A stretch of DNA of 64,000 nucleotides from assembly GCA_964057225.1 (NCBI GenBank), contig OZ059894.1:11222001-11286000 (forward strand). The letters run 5' to 3'. A program made the translations under genes and the position numbers. A model generated the notes under the pieces. The model was given only the letters and a program-made list of their open reading frames with translations, was not told the origin of the DNA and ran no database searches. Of this stretch, positions 43,837 through 57,052 are shown one piece after another; the stretch's first letter is position 1, and the number at the start of each line of letters is the position of its first letter. The DNA is from Auanema rhodensis. Lineage: Eukaryota; Animalia; Nematoda.

Positions 43837-45018
43837 TTCCCTCAGGGAAAGAATGTAACAATAAGAATGAAAATCGTGTAGTACACATGGAAATTCAACT
43901 TGAGTGACGCTTATGACGATGCTGCAGCATACGAACGGTTTAGAAATGACTATACGATCAAAGATGTACCTCTCATTTGTTCACAAACCTTCTATTTTCA
44001 TGGCTTTCTTATAATTTTTTGTCATACTTATGTACTACCTGGTAATTCTGTATTTACATTTATGTTTATTCATGTCTTTGCTGCCTCTACGCTTTTGTTA
44101 CTTTTATAGTTTAATATTGTAGTTTTTCGGAACAAACATTCTCTACGTCAATAAATTGTTCTTATCGAATTAATCTTCAATATGTGTTCTATTACTATAC
44201 TGGTAATGTATATATCTCGTTTAGTGCGTGGGGGCCTATTCGGGTGGTTTCTATTATGCATATGCATGTTGTTTAGACTTTTAAGACGTATTTCAACAAG
44301 TTAGAACGATTAAACATGTTTGCAGAGTGATCGGATGAGGTTGAAACGAGTAATGAGAAAAAAAGTAGGTAAGGGGGGACCCTTGTGTGAGAAAATGTTC
44401 AAAAAAAAGTTGTTTTTGTTTTCGTTTTGTTTTCATTTTTCAAAAATTTACAGTTTTTATAAAAATAATTCTTCTTTCTACAGTAGATTGTAAATTTCAT
44501 GAAAAAAAATATAGGGAATCAAAAGTTACATTAGGGTCCCGAATACGGGACATTTTTATATGTGTAAAAACGGTCCAGTTTTAACACAAGGGTTTTCCGG
44601 TCTATTATAAGGTAAAACACAGCTTTTTAAACCTCCGTAGCGTAATGAGAAATGATGATTTCGTGAATGTTAAAGTTTTCTATCATAGTTCTCTATAGTA
44701 TCTACGTACATATGAAGAAAAAATAGAAAGAAATTTTTCTGGAAGCAAGTTTCATTGAGCGTTCCGTATAAGGAACATTATGATAAAAATTATAAGGGGG
44801 TAAAACATATCATTGTTAACCAAGACGTCTGAAAATAAAATTTTCTATTACAATAAATATGAAGTTCTATCATACATATGCATGTTATAAAGACTTTCTA
44901 GACGTATTTCAACGGGTTAGAACGAGTTTAAACCGAGTTATGAGGAAAAACAATGATATTTAAAAAAAAAAAAACTATGTGTTGAAAAAATTTCTCTCTT
45001 GATTGGACTTTTTACTGT

Positions 45019-45066
<48 letters not shown>

Positions 45067-45208
45067 GGATACATGGCTAACCTTTAGACACATAGGTGAA
45101 AAAAAAATTTTTTTTGTTATTGTTACTGTTCCTGTTGTTTTCTTTGTGGTCGTATCTATTAACAACAAGATTTAGAGTGATATAACTGATAATGAAGAAT
45201 ATGACATT

Positions 45209-45327
45209 GCTTACGACCATACCACGTTGAAAGTACGCCATCCCGTCCGATCTGGCAAGTCAAGCAACGTTGGGCCCGGTTAGTACTTGGATCGGAGACG
45301 GCTTGGGAATCCCGGGTGTCGTAAGCT
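45209..45327 (+). rRNA. 5S: 5S rRNA
   Basis: Same sequence. Confidence 0.95.
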
Positions 45328-45568
45328 TTTATATTTTATTTGAAATTTTTTGAAGAAATAAAAAAGCTTTGATAACTAAAAAAAAGTTGTTGTTAATCGA
45401 ATGTTTGCTCTAATAACACGACAGAGGTAGTCTTAGATACTGTAAATAACTCGAACACTGTAAAGTTTGGGCATTTCATTTGTTACTGTTCCTGTTGTTT
45501 TCTTTGTGGTCCTAACTATTAACAACAAGATTTAGAGTGATATAACTGATAATGAAGAATATAACATT

Positions 45569-45687
45569 GCTTACGACCATACCACGTTGAAAGTACGCCA
45601 TCCCGTCCGATCTGGCAAGTCAAGCAACGTTGGGCCCGGTTAGTACTTGGATCGGAGACGGCTTGGGAATCCCGGGTGTCGTAAGCT
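45569..45687 (+). rRNA. 5S: 5S rRNA
   Basis: Same sequence. Confidence 0.95.
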
Positions 45688-46088
45688 TTTATATTTTATT
45701 TGAAATATCTTGAAGAAATAAAAAAGCTTTGATAACTAGAAAAAGTTGTTGATTGATATGTGCTCTAATATTACAAGAGTGGTTGTTCTAGATACTGTAA
45801 GCAATACAAACACTGTAAAGTTGGGAGATTTCATTGTATTAACCTTCTCCTAATTATTGTATAAAAATATATAAAATATTCGGAAACTTTGCAACCGTAC
45901 ATATAAAACTATATACAAGTATTTGAATAAAAAGAATAGAAAAAAGTGCAGCGCTTCGAATAAGAAAAAAATAAGTCCAAAAGTTGAGTAAATCCACAGT
46001 TTATATGAGCCATTTATGACCTGTACAGTCAAGATTGTTTTTTTTAAAGCTTTTTTATTTCTTCAAGATATTTCAAATAAAATATAAA

Positions 46089-46207
46089 AGCTTACGACAC
46101 CCGGGATTCCCAAGCCGTCTCCGATCCAAGTACTAACCGGGCCCAACGTTGCTTGACTTGCCAGATCGGACGGGATGGCGTACTTTCAACGTGGTATGGT
46201 CGTAAGC
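46089..46207 (-). rRNA. 5S: 5S rRNA
   Basis: Reverse complement of the same sequence. Confidence 0.95.
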
Positions 46208-46448
46208 AATGTTATATTCTTCATTATCAGTTATATCACTCTAAATCTTGTTGTTAATAGTTAGGACCACAAAGAAAACAACAGGAACAGTAACAAATGA
46301 AATGCCCAAACTTTACAGTGTTCGAGTTATTTACAGTATCTAAGACTACCTCTGTCGTGTTATTAGAGCAAACATTCGATTAACAACAACTTTTTTTTAG
46401 TTATCAAAGCTTTTTTATTTCTTCAAAAAATTTCAAATAAAATATAAA

Positions 46449-46567
46449 AGCTTACGACACCCGGGATTCCCAAGCCGTCTCCGATCCAAGTACTAACCGG
46501 GCCCAACGTTGCTTGACTTGCCAGATCGGACGGGATGGCGTACTTTCAACGTGGTATGGTCGTAAGC
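46449..46567 (-). rRNA. 5S: 5S rRNA
   Basis: Reverse complement. Confidence 0.95.
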
Positions 46568-46709
46568 AATGTCATATTCTTCATTATCAGTTATATCACT
46601 CTAAATCTTGTTGTTAATAGATACGACCACAAAGAAAACAACAGGAACAGTAACAATAACAAAAAAAATTTTTTTTTCACCTATGTGTCTAAAGGTTAGC
46701 CATGTATCC

Positions 46710-46759
<50 letters not shown>

Positions 46760-47941
46760 ACAGTAAAAAGTCCAATCAAGAGAGAAATTTTTTCAACACA
46801 TAGTTTTTTTTTTTTTAAATATCATTGTTTTTCCTCATAACTCGGTTTAAACTCGTTCTAACCCGTTGAAATACGTCTAGAAAGTCTTTATAACATGCAT
46901 ATGTATGATAGAACTTCATATTTATTGTAATAGAAAATTTTATTTTCAGACGTCTTGGTTAACAATGATATGTTTTACCCCCTTATAATTTTTATCATAA
47001 TGTTCCTTATACGGAACGCTCAATGAAACTTGCTTCCAGAAAAATTTCTTTCTATTTTTTCTTCATATGTACGTAGATACTATAGAGAACTATGATAGAA
47101 AACTTTAACATTCACGAAATCATCATTTCTCATTACGCTACGGAGGTTTAAAAAGCTGTGTTTTACCTTATAATAGACCGGAAAACCCTTGTGTTAAAAC
47201 TGGACCGTTTTTACACATATAAAAATGTCCCGTATTCGGGACCCTAATGTAACTTTTGATTCCCTATATTTTTTTTCATGAAATTTACAATCTACTGTAG
47301 AAAGAAGAATTATTTTTATAAAAACTGTAAATTTTTGAAAAATGAAAACAAAACGAAAACAAAAACAACTTTTTTTTGAACATTTTCTCACACAAGGGTC
47401 CCCCCTTACCTACTTTTTTTCTCATTACTCGTTTCAACCTCATCCGATCACTCTGCAAACATGTTTAATCGTTCTAACTTGTTGAAATACGTCTTAAAAG
47501 TCTAAACAACATGCATATGCATAATAGAAACCACCCGAATAGGCCCCCACGCACTAAACGAGATATATACATTACCAGTATAGTAATAGAACACATATTG
47601 AAGATTAATTCGATAAGAACAATTTATTGACGTAGAGAATGTTTGTTCCGAAAAACTACAATATTAAACTATAAAAGTAACAAAAGCGTAGAGGCAGCAA
47701 AGACATGAATAAACATAAATGTAAATACAGAATTACCAGGTAGTACATAAGTATGACAAAAAATTATAAGAAAGCCATGAAAATAGAAGGTTTGTGAACA
47801 AATGAGAGGTACATCTTTGATCGTATAGTCATTTCTAAACCGTTCGTATGCTGCAGCATCGTCATAAGCGTCACTCAAGTTGAATTTCCATGTGTACTAC
47901 ACGATTTTCATTCTTATTGTTACATTCTTTCCCTGAGGGAA

Positions 47942-48088
47942 TGGGCCGTTCCCGCCAGCAGTGCAAGAGCGGGTCGACCCGTGAGGTGGAGCTAGCAAGC
48001 CAGCATCTACCTCAAGTCTCAAAAATCGGTTAACCTTATTGTGAACCAATGGAACACATATCGAAGGTTAATTCGATAAGAACGATTA
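47942..48088 (-). pseudogene. U2: U2 nt 38-184 downstream of insertion
   Basis: Same junction. Confidence 0.93.
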
Positions 48089-51000
48089 ATGGTTTATTGA
48101 ATAACTAATGTTATGATACAATAACTAACCAATAAGAAAGAGCCCAGAACCGGGGAGACGGTCTTACCAGTACAACTTCAAACAGCAAGTGATTAAAAAG
48201 TACATAATAAGACAGATTACCAACAGGGGCTAAAACAACTCAAGAGTCGGGGGAGTGGGTTAAAAAAGTAATGAATAACAAAAAAAAAAAATGAATACTA
48301 AAGCAGAACAATGAAAATTAAATATCAAGTACCGCTATGATCAGACAATTTGAGTGCCTACGGCAATGGTGTTAAAAATAAACAACAAAATACATGTACC
48401 AATGAAGGTCAGAAAGAAAGAAAAAAAGACAAAAATAAGTAATACAAAAAGTAAATACATTACAATCGAATCACAAACAAGTCAATGGATAATTTCTTCT
48501 TCATACTGGCTTACACCAGAAACATGTTCCACGTAGATATTCCTGGCCCACTTGATGGTATCGGCGACGACGAGCTTCTCCATTAGCCGGTTGTAGTGGC
48601 TGCTGATCTTGAGTGATCGAAGGGCTTGTCCGTTGAGCGGGTCCATAGTTCCAAGCATTCCTACGACATACGCTTCTACACTAGTCTTATAACCAAGACA
48701 TTGGTATTGGCTGGCTATGTCAGCATATTTCCTCTCCTTTATCATACGCGCGGCTATCATGGCTTGTCGGCGGTTTTCATAGCTCACTGTAACATCAACG
48801 ATACTACAGTGTTTTGCGTCATGATTGACCACTACTATGTCAGGTCGGAGTGTACTATTAATGCCAGGAAGAGGCTGGTTAGTGTAAACTTCTCCGTTTT
48901 TAGGCTCTGGCAGTGCTTTGATAAGACGGTCCACGATGTTGTTGTGGCGGAGTTGGATTGCTCTCGTGTGAGAGTGGCAGTGTCCAAGAACATGTGCAGC
49001 AGTTTCGTTGGAGTAACTACACCTGCGGCACTGTTTGTTTCCTTCTCCGTGTCTTCTACAGCCATTGAGCTGGAGAGTATTGAGTCGAGCCTTGTGGATG
49101 AATCGCCAATCAGCAAACCGTATGAAATCTCCCTTCGCCATAAAGTGATTGGACGCTTTGTTGAGCATTGTGACATCAAAGACTTTCCCTTGATCCGGTT
49201 TTTGAAGAAGGATCCGAAGGTCTTTCAGCCATAATGCACGTCGCAGGCTTCTGTGGCATAGTGAAGGTGTTAACAGTTGGTTGTTTAGATTGAGTTCTAA
49301 ACCACTTTCGAGGCATGTCCAGTTAGCGTTGATGAGTTTCTTTAGTTGACGCATTGCTACTCTTACTCTAGTCCAGATGGAGGAAACATCAGATGTTTCG
49401 GTGTCGAAAATGCCATCAACGGAACCGTTGTAATATGCAGCTGTCTCATCGTTACTGGCTTGACGTTTAATCCTTTTTGATGCTACTTTTTTTGAGTCTT
49501 GATGCGCAATATCAGCTACTACAAGATCAGATGACTTCAAAAGTTGGTAGGCATGAGTGACTTCACAGACGTCTGACAGGTGTTGGAGTCGAGAGAGACC
49601 AAGTCCGCCGTAGTTAGTTGGCAGGTAGATTGGTTCAGCACTGGCGTTTGGAGGATAGTGCATCCATCTACGGGCACAACGTTTGAGTTCTTTGTCAAAG
49701 GCGACTAGTTTACTCTTTGGGACGTGGCCATTCGTCATATGAAAATTAAGGCAGGGCATCAGGAAGGTGCGTACTGCGTCAGCTTTCTGCCATTCAGCAA
49801 GTAAGGATTTGTCAATTTTTTCCAAGTGTTGTCTCATAATATTCACTGTTGGAACCGCAGACTTATGTAAATGCATTCCAGTAGGGATTCCCAGGTGGGA
49901 GTAGCTGTCAAATTTGCTAAGAGCGGGTAGAGAGCAGCTCTGAAGCATGTATGAAGCTGTTGATATTTTCCCTTTGTCGATCGTCAAAGTGGCGCATTTC
50001 GCTGGTTTGAAGGTTAAGCCTGTGAAATTAGCCGCATTTGATGCTGCGTCCAACATTTTCTGTAGATCTTCTGATGATGAGGAGACCAGGGCAAGGTCAT
50101 CGGCGTACGCTAGCACAGCGATGTTGTGGTTGTGTAGCTTATAGCCTGTAGAAGTTTCCAAGATGGTTTTAATTAGAGGTTCAATGGCAAGGTTGAACAG
50201 GATTGGAGATAGTGGGGATCCTTGTAACACACCTGCGTGAACTGGGATGGTCGAAGTGAGTCCGGATCCTGTCTGGATTCTTGTAGAGGCATCTGTGTAT
50301 AGAGCTCGTACTCGGGATATTGAGGCTTCAGCCATTCCTGACCATCTTAGAACGTCTAGCAGAGTTTCGTGTGGCAGCGATCCAAAAGCGTTTGCGAGAT
50401 CAAGCCAAGCAATTGCAATTTTCTCACGTTTACGTTTAGCGTCTGCAATGGTACTTTGCAACAAAAAGTTGTGTTCCATGCATCCAGCTTTGGCCACAAA
50501 GCCCTTTTGGGAGGGAGAAAGTCTTTTTTCTGCTCTTGCCCATGTTAGCAGTCGATGCGTAAGACAAGCTGAGTACGTCTTACCAATTGTGCACGAAAGT
50601 GCTATTGGTCGCCAGTTGTTAATGTCAGCTTTATCACCTTTCTTATGGATGAGGACGGTGGTCGACTCTTTCCAGGAAAAAGGGATGTGTCCTAGCTTGT
50701 GTACGGTGTTAAAAATCGCTGCTAATATGTGACCTCCTTGGTCAAATTTCTTCCAGTGCGAGTATCGAAGTCCATCAGCTCCTGGAGCCGTATCGCTGCA
50801 ACGTCGTATGCGTTCCCAGACTTCCAAAGGGGTGAAAACACCTTCTAATGGGTCGGTACTAGCTGGCAAATCCGGTCTGGTGACTGTGATGGGGAGGGCT
50901 GGGCCTTGACTGCTGTGAACAGAAAGGAAGTGTTTTTCAACCTCTGCAGATGGTATGGTGCAGGTTTCACTTTGTTCTCTGAGCAGTTGTCGAAAGGCTT

Positions 51001-51590
51001 TCTTCTTGTTGGCCCTCCAAAGCTTCTGGAGCTTCATCGCCTGGGTTTTTTGGTCTTCCTCAGGTTGTGTGTGTGGTCGGCGCCTTTGTCGGAAGTTGGG
51101 AACTTTGATCATAATGTCAAGAGACTTTCTGATTGTGTCTACCAACTCTTCCAGGACCTGCTCGAGCTCACTTTCGCATACTACCTTTTTAATTCTATCC
51201 ACCCAAATATTTTCAGAGTTTCTATTCGGATCAGGGTCGGCAAAAGATGGTTCTGTACTCGGAACCCTGATCTCGTTGAATATTTCACTCTCTCGCGGAA
51301 GGGGGGAAACTTCGGCCTCTGGGGACAAGTCCAGAATTGGGGCCTCAAACAAGCGTACCGTTGATGGAGATCCTTGTTCCTGTCCACTGGATGATGTTTC
51401 CTCCATTGTACGCTCCTCCACGGGCGGGGTGGTCGTCCTTGTGCCTGGTGGGCGGGTGTTCCTGATCCTCCGCAATATAGGGCGGGAACTGGGCTCTCTC
51501 GGAGATAGAGGTGAGATCACCACAGTTTCCTCTATGATGCGGAGGCATCCTTCAGCTTTTTTCTGATGGCTTTTAACGGCCTTCAGATTG
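48089..51590 (-). mobile_element. Copy 9: mirror image of copy 8
   Basis: Same 5' junction (ATTG 51587-51590) and same variant-C SNPs. Confidence 0.94.
48482..51590 (-). pseudogene. ORF lacking ATG and zinc fingers
   Basis: Translation identical to copy 8. Confidence 0.85.
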
Positions 51591-51931
51591 AAGATTAATT
51601 CGATAAGAACAATTTATTGACGTAGAGAATGTTTGTTCCGAAAAACTACAATATTAAACTATAAAAGTAACAAAAGCGTAGAGGCAGCAAAGACATGAAT
51701 AAACATAAATGTAAATACAGAATTACCAGGTAGTACATAAGTATGACAAAAAATTATAAGAAAGCCATGAAAATAGAAGGTTTGTGAACAAATGAGAGGT
51801 ACATCTTTGATCGTATAGTCATTTCTAAACCGTTCGTATGCTGCAGCATCGTCATAAGCGTCACTCAAGTTGAATTTCCATGTGTACTACACGATTTTCA
51901 TTCTTATTGTTACATTCTTTCCCTGAGGGAA

Positions 51932-52115
51932 TGGGCCGTTCCCGCCAGCAGTGCAAGAGCGGGTCGACCCGTGAGGTGGAGCTAGCAAGCCAGCATCTAC
52001 CTCAAGTCTCAAAAATCGGTTAACCTTATTGTGAACCAATGGAACACATATCGAAGGTTAATTCGATAAGAACGATTACTACACTTTGATCTTAGCCAAA
52101 AGGCCGAGAAGCGAT
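51932..52115 (-). ncRNA. U2: U2 snRNA, intact
   Basis: Reverse complement; mirror of 39663. Confidence 0.95.
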
Positions 52116-52557
52116 ACAGCATAGCCATGAGTATCAAAGACATCAAGCAAATGTATCGTACTTGTTACGAGTGCACTCTCTCATTTGAATATAAAAGTGT
52201 GGTTTGACAATCTTGACTGTACAGGTCATAAATGGCTCATATAAACTGTGGATTTACTCAACTTTTGGACTTATTTTTTTCTTATTCGAAGCGCTGCACT
52301 TTTTTCTATTCTTTTTATTCAAATACTTGTATATAGTTTTATATGTACGGTTGCAAAGTTTCCGAATATTTTATATATTTTTATACAATAATTAGGAGAA
52401 GGTTAATACAATGAAATCTCCCAACTTTACAGTGTTTGTATTGCTTACAGTATCTAGAACAACCACTCTTGTAATATTAGAGCACATATCAATCAACAAC
52501 TTTTTCTAGTTATCAAAGCTTTTTTATTTCTTCAAGATATTTCAAATAAAATATAAA

Positions 52558-52676
52558 AGCTTACGACACCCGGGATTCCCAAGCCGTCTCCGATCCAAGT
52601 ACTAACCGGGCCCAACGTTGCTTGACTTGCCAGATCGGACGGGATGGCGTACTTTCAACGTGGTATGGTCGTAAGC
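52558..52676 (-). rRNA. 5S: 5S rRNA
   Basis: Reverse complement. Confidence 0.95.
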
Positions 52677-52917
52677 AATGTTATATTCTTCATTATCAGT
52701 TATATCACTCTAAATCTTGTTGTTAATAGTTAGGACCACAAAGAAAACAACAGGAACAGTAACAAATGAAATGCCCAAACTTTACAGTGTTCGAGTTATT
52801 TACAGTATCTAAGACTACCTCTGTCGTGTTATTAGAGCAAACATTCGATTAACAACAACTTTTTTTTAGTTATCAAAGCTTTTTTATTTCTTCAAAAAAT
52901 TTCAAATAAAATATAAA

Positions 52918-53036
52918 AGCTTACGACACCCGGGATTCCCAAGCCGTCTCCGATCCAAGTACTAACCGGGCCCAACGTTGCTTGACTTGCCAGATCGGAC
53001 GGGATGGCGTACTTTCAACGTGGTATGGTCGTAAGC
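52918..53036 (-). rRNA. 5S: 5S rRNA
   Basis: Reverse complement. Confidence 0.95.
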
Positions 53037-53178
53037 AATGTCATATTCTTCATTATCAGTTATATCACTCTAAATCTTGTTGTTAATAGATACGACCACA
53101 AAGAAAACAACAGGAACAGTAACAATAACAAAAAAAATTTTTTTTTCACCTATGTGTCTAAAGGTTAGCCATGTATCC

Positions 53179-53248
<70 letters not shown>

Positions 53249-54430
53249 ACAGTAAAAAGTCCAATCAAGAGAGAAATTTTTTCAACACATAGTTGTTTTT
53301 TTTTTAAATATCATTGTTTTTCCTCATAACTCGGTTTAAACTCGTTCTAACCCGTTGAAATACGTCTAGAAAGTCTTTATAACATGCATATGTATGATAG
53401 AACTTCATATTTATTGTAATAGAAAATTTTATTTTCAGACGTCTTGGTTAACAATGATATGTTTTACCCCCTTATAATTTTTATCATAATGTTCCTTATA
53501 CGGAACGCTCAATGAAACTTGCTTCCAGAAAAATTTCTTTCTATTTTTTCTTCATATGTACGTAGATACTATAGAGAACTATGATAGAAAACTTTAACAT
53601 TCACGAAATCATCATTTCTCATTACGCTACGGAGGTTTAAAAAGCTGTGTTTTACGTTATAATAGACCGGAAAACCCTTGTGTTAAAACTGGACCGTTTT
53701 TACACATATAAAAATGTCCCGTATTCGGGACCCTAATGTAACTTTTGATTCCCTATATTTTTTTTCATGAAATTTACAATCTACTGTAGAAAGAAGAATT
53801 ATTTTTATAAAAACTGTAAATTTTTGAAAAATGAAAACAAAACGAAAACAAAAACAACTTTTTTTTGAACATTTTCTCACACAAGGGTCCCCCCTTACCT
53901 ACTTTTTTTCTCATTACTCGTTTCAACCTCATCCGATCACTCTGCAAACATGTTTAATCGTTCTAACTTGTTGAAATACGTCTTAAAAGTCTAAACAACA
54001 TGCATATGCATAATAGAAACCACCCGAATAGGCCCCCACGCACTAAACGAGATATATACATTACCAGTATAGTAATAGAACACATATTGAAGATTAATTC
54101 GATAAGAACAATTTATTGACGTAGAGAATGTTTGTTCCGAAAAACTACAATATTAAACTATAAAAGTAACAAAAGCGTAGAGGCAGCAAAGACATGAATA
54201 AACATAAATGTAAATACAGAATTACCAGGTAGTACATAAGTATGACAAAAAATTATAAGAAAGCCATGAAAATAGAAGGTTTGTGAACAAATGAGAGGTA
54301 CATCTTTGATCGTATAGTCATTTCTAAACCGTTCGTATGCTGCAGCATCGTCATAAGCGTCACTCAAGTTGAATTTCCATGTGTACTACACGATTTTCAT
54401 TCTTATTGTTACATTCTTTCCCTGAGGGAA

Positions 54431-54614
54431 TGGGCCGTTCCCGCCAGCAGTGCAAGAGCGGGTCGACCCGTGAGGTGGAGCTAGCAAGCCAGCATCTACC
54501 TCAAGTCTCAAAAATCGGTTAACCTTATTGTGAACCAATGGAACACATATCGAAGGTTAATTCGATAAGAACGATTACTACACTTTGATCTTAGCCAAAA
54601 GGCCGAGAAGCGAT
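54431..54614 (-). ncRNA. U2: U2 snRNA, intact
   Basis: Reverse complement; mirror of 37166. Confidence 0.95.
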
Positions 54615-55056
54615 ACAGCATAGCCATGAGTATCAAAGACATCAAGCAAATGTATCGTACTTGTTACGAGTGCACTCTCTCATTTGAATATAAAAGTGTG
54701 GTTTGACAATCTTGACTGTACAGGTCATAAATGGCTCATATAAACTGTGGATTTACTCAACTTTTGGACTTATTTTTTTCTTATTCGAAGCGCTGCACTT
54801 TTTTCTATTCTTTTTATTCAAATACTTGTATATAGTTTTATATGTACGGTTGCAAAGTTTCCGAATATTTTATATATTTTTATACAATAATTAGGAGAAG
54901 GTTAATACAATGAAATCTCCCAACTTTACAGTGTTTGTATTGCTTACAGTATCTAGAACAACCACTCTTGTAATATTAGAGCACATATCAATCAACAACT
55001 TTTTCTAGTTATCAAAGCTTTTTTATTTCTTCAAGATATTTCAAATAAAATATAAA

Positions 55057-55175
55057 AGCTTACGACACCCGGGATTCCCAAGCCGTCTCCGATCCAAGTA
55101 CTAACCGGGCCCAACGTTGCTTGACTTGCCAGATCGGACGGGATGGCGTACTTTCAACGTGGTATGGTCGTAAGC
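55057..55175 (-). rRNA. 5S: 5S rRNA
   Basis: Reverse complement. Confidence 0.95.
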
Positions 55176-55416
55176 AATGTTATATTCTTCATTATCAGTT
55201 ATATCACTCTAAATCTTGTTGTTAATAGTTAGGACCACAAAGAAAACAACAGGAACAGTAACAAATGAAATGCCCAAACTTTACAGTGTTCGAGTTATTT
55301 ACAGTATCTAAGACTACCTCTGTCGTGTTATTAGAGCAAACATTCGATTAACAACAACTTTTTTTTAGTTATCAAAGCTTTTTTATTTCTTCAAAAAATT
55401 TCAAATAAAATATAAA

Positions 55417-55535
55417 AGCTTACGACACCCGGGATTCCCAAGCCGTCTCCGATCCAAGTACTAACCGGGCCCAACGTTGCTTGACTTGCCAGATCGGACG
55501 GGATGGCGTACTTTCAACGTGGTATGGTCGTAAGC
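55417..55535 (-). rRNA. 5S: 5S rRNA
   Basis: Reverse complement. Confidence 0.95.
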
Positions 55536-55679
55536 AATGTCATATTCTTCATTATCAGTTATATCACTCTAAATCTTGTTGTTAATAGATACGACCACAA
55601 AGAAAACAACAGGAACAGTAACAATAACAAAAAAAATTTTTTTTTCACCTATGTGTCTAAAGGTTAGCCATGTATCCGT

Positions 55680-55723
<44 letters not shown>

Positions 55724-56905
55724 ACAGTAAAAAGTCCAATCAAGAGAGAAATTTTTTCAACACATAGTTGTTTTTTTTTTAAATATCATTGTTTTTCCTC
55801 ATAACTCGGTTTAAACTCGTTCTAACCCGTTGAAATACGTCTAGAAAGTCTTCATAACATGCATATGTATGATAGAACTTCATATTTATTGTAATAGAAA
55901 ATTTTATTTTCAGACGTCTTGGTTAACAATGATATGTTTTACCCCCTTATAATTTTTATCATAATGTTCCTTATACGGAACGCTCAATGAAACTTGCTTC
56001 CAGAAAAATTTCTTTCTATTTTTTCTTCATATGTACGTAGATACTATAGAGAACTATGATAGAAAACTTTAACATTCACGAAATCATCATTTCTCATTAC
56101 GCTACGGAGGTTTAAAAAGCTGTGTTTTACCTTATAATAGACCGGAAAACCCTTGTGTTAAAACTGGACCGTTTTTACACATATAAAAATGTCCCGTATT
56201 CGAGACCCTAATGTAACTTTTGATTCCCTATATTTTTTTTCATGAAATTTACAATCTACTGTAGAAAGAAGAATTATTTTTATAAAAACTGTAAATTTTT
56301 GAAAAATGAAAACAAAACGAAAACAAAAACAACTTTTGTTTGAACATTTTCTCACACAAGGGTCCCCCCTTACCTACTTTTTTTCTCATTACTCGTTTCA
56401 ACCTCATCCGATCACTCTGCAAACATGTTTAATCGTTCTAACTTGTTGAAATACGTCTTAAAAGTCTAAACAACATGCATATGCATAATAGAAACCACCC
56501 GAATAGGCCCCCACGCACTAAACGAGATATATACATTACCAGTATAGTAATAGAACACATATTGAAGATTAATTCGATAAGAACAATTTATTGACGTAGA
56601 GAATGTTTGTTCCGAAAAACTACAATATTAAACTATAAAAGTAACAAAAGCGTAGAGGCAGCAAAGACATGAATAAACATAAATGTAAATACAGAATTAC
56701 CAGGTAGTACATAAGTATGACAAAAAATTATAAGAAAGCCATGAAAATAGAAGGTTTGTGAACAAATGAGAGGTACATCTTTGATCGTATAGTCATTTCT
56801 AAACCGTTCGTATGCTGCAGCATCGTCATAAGCGTCACTCAAGTTGAATTTCCATGTGTACTACACGATTTTCATTCTTATTGTTACATTCTTTCCCTGA
56901 GGGAA

Positions 56906-57052
56906 TGGGCCGTTCCCGCCAGCAGTGCAAGAGCGGGTCGACCCGTGAGGTGGAGCTAGCAAGCCAGCATCTACCTCAAGTCTCAAAAATCGGTTAACCT
57001 TATTGTGAACCAATGGAACACATATCGAAGGTTAATTCGATAAGAACGATTA
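56906..57052 (-). pseudogene. U2: U2 nt 38-184 downstream of insertion
   Basis: Same junction. Confidence 0.93.
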
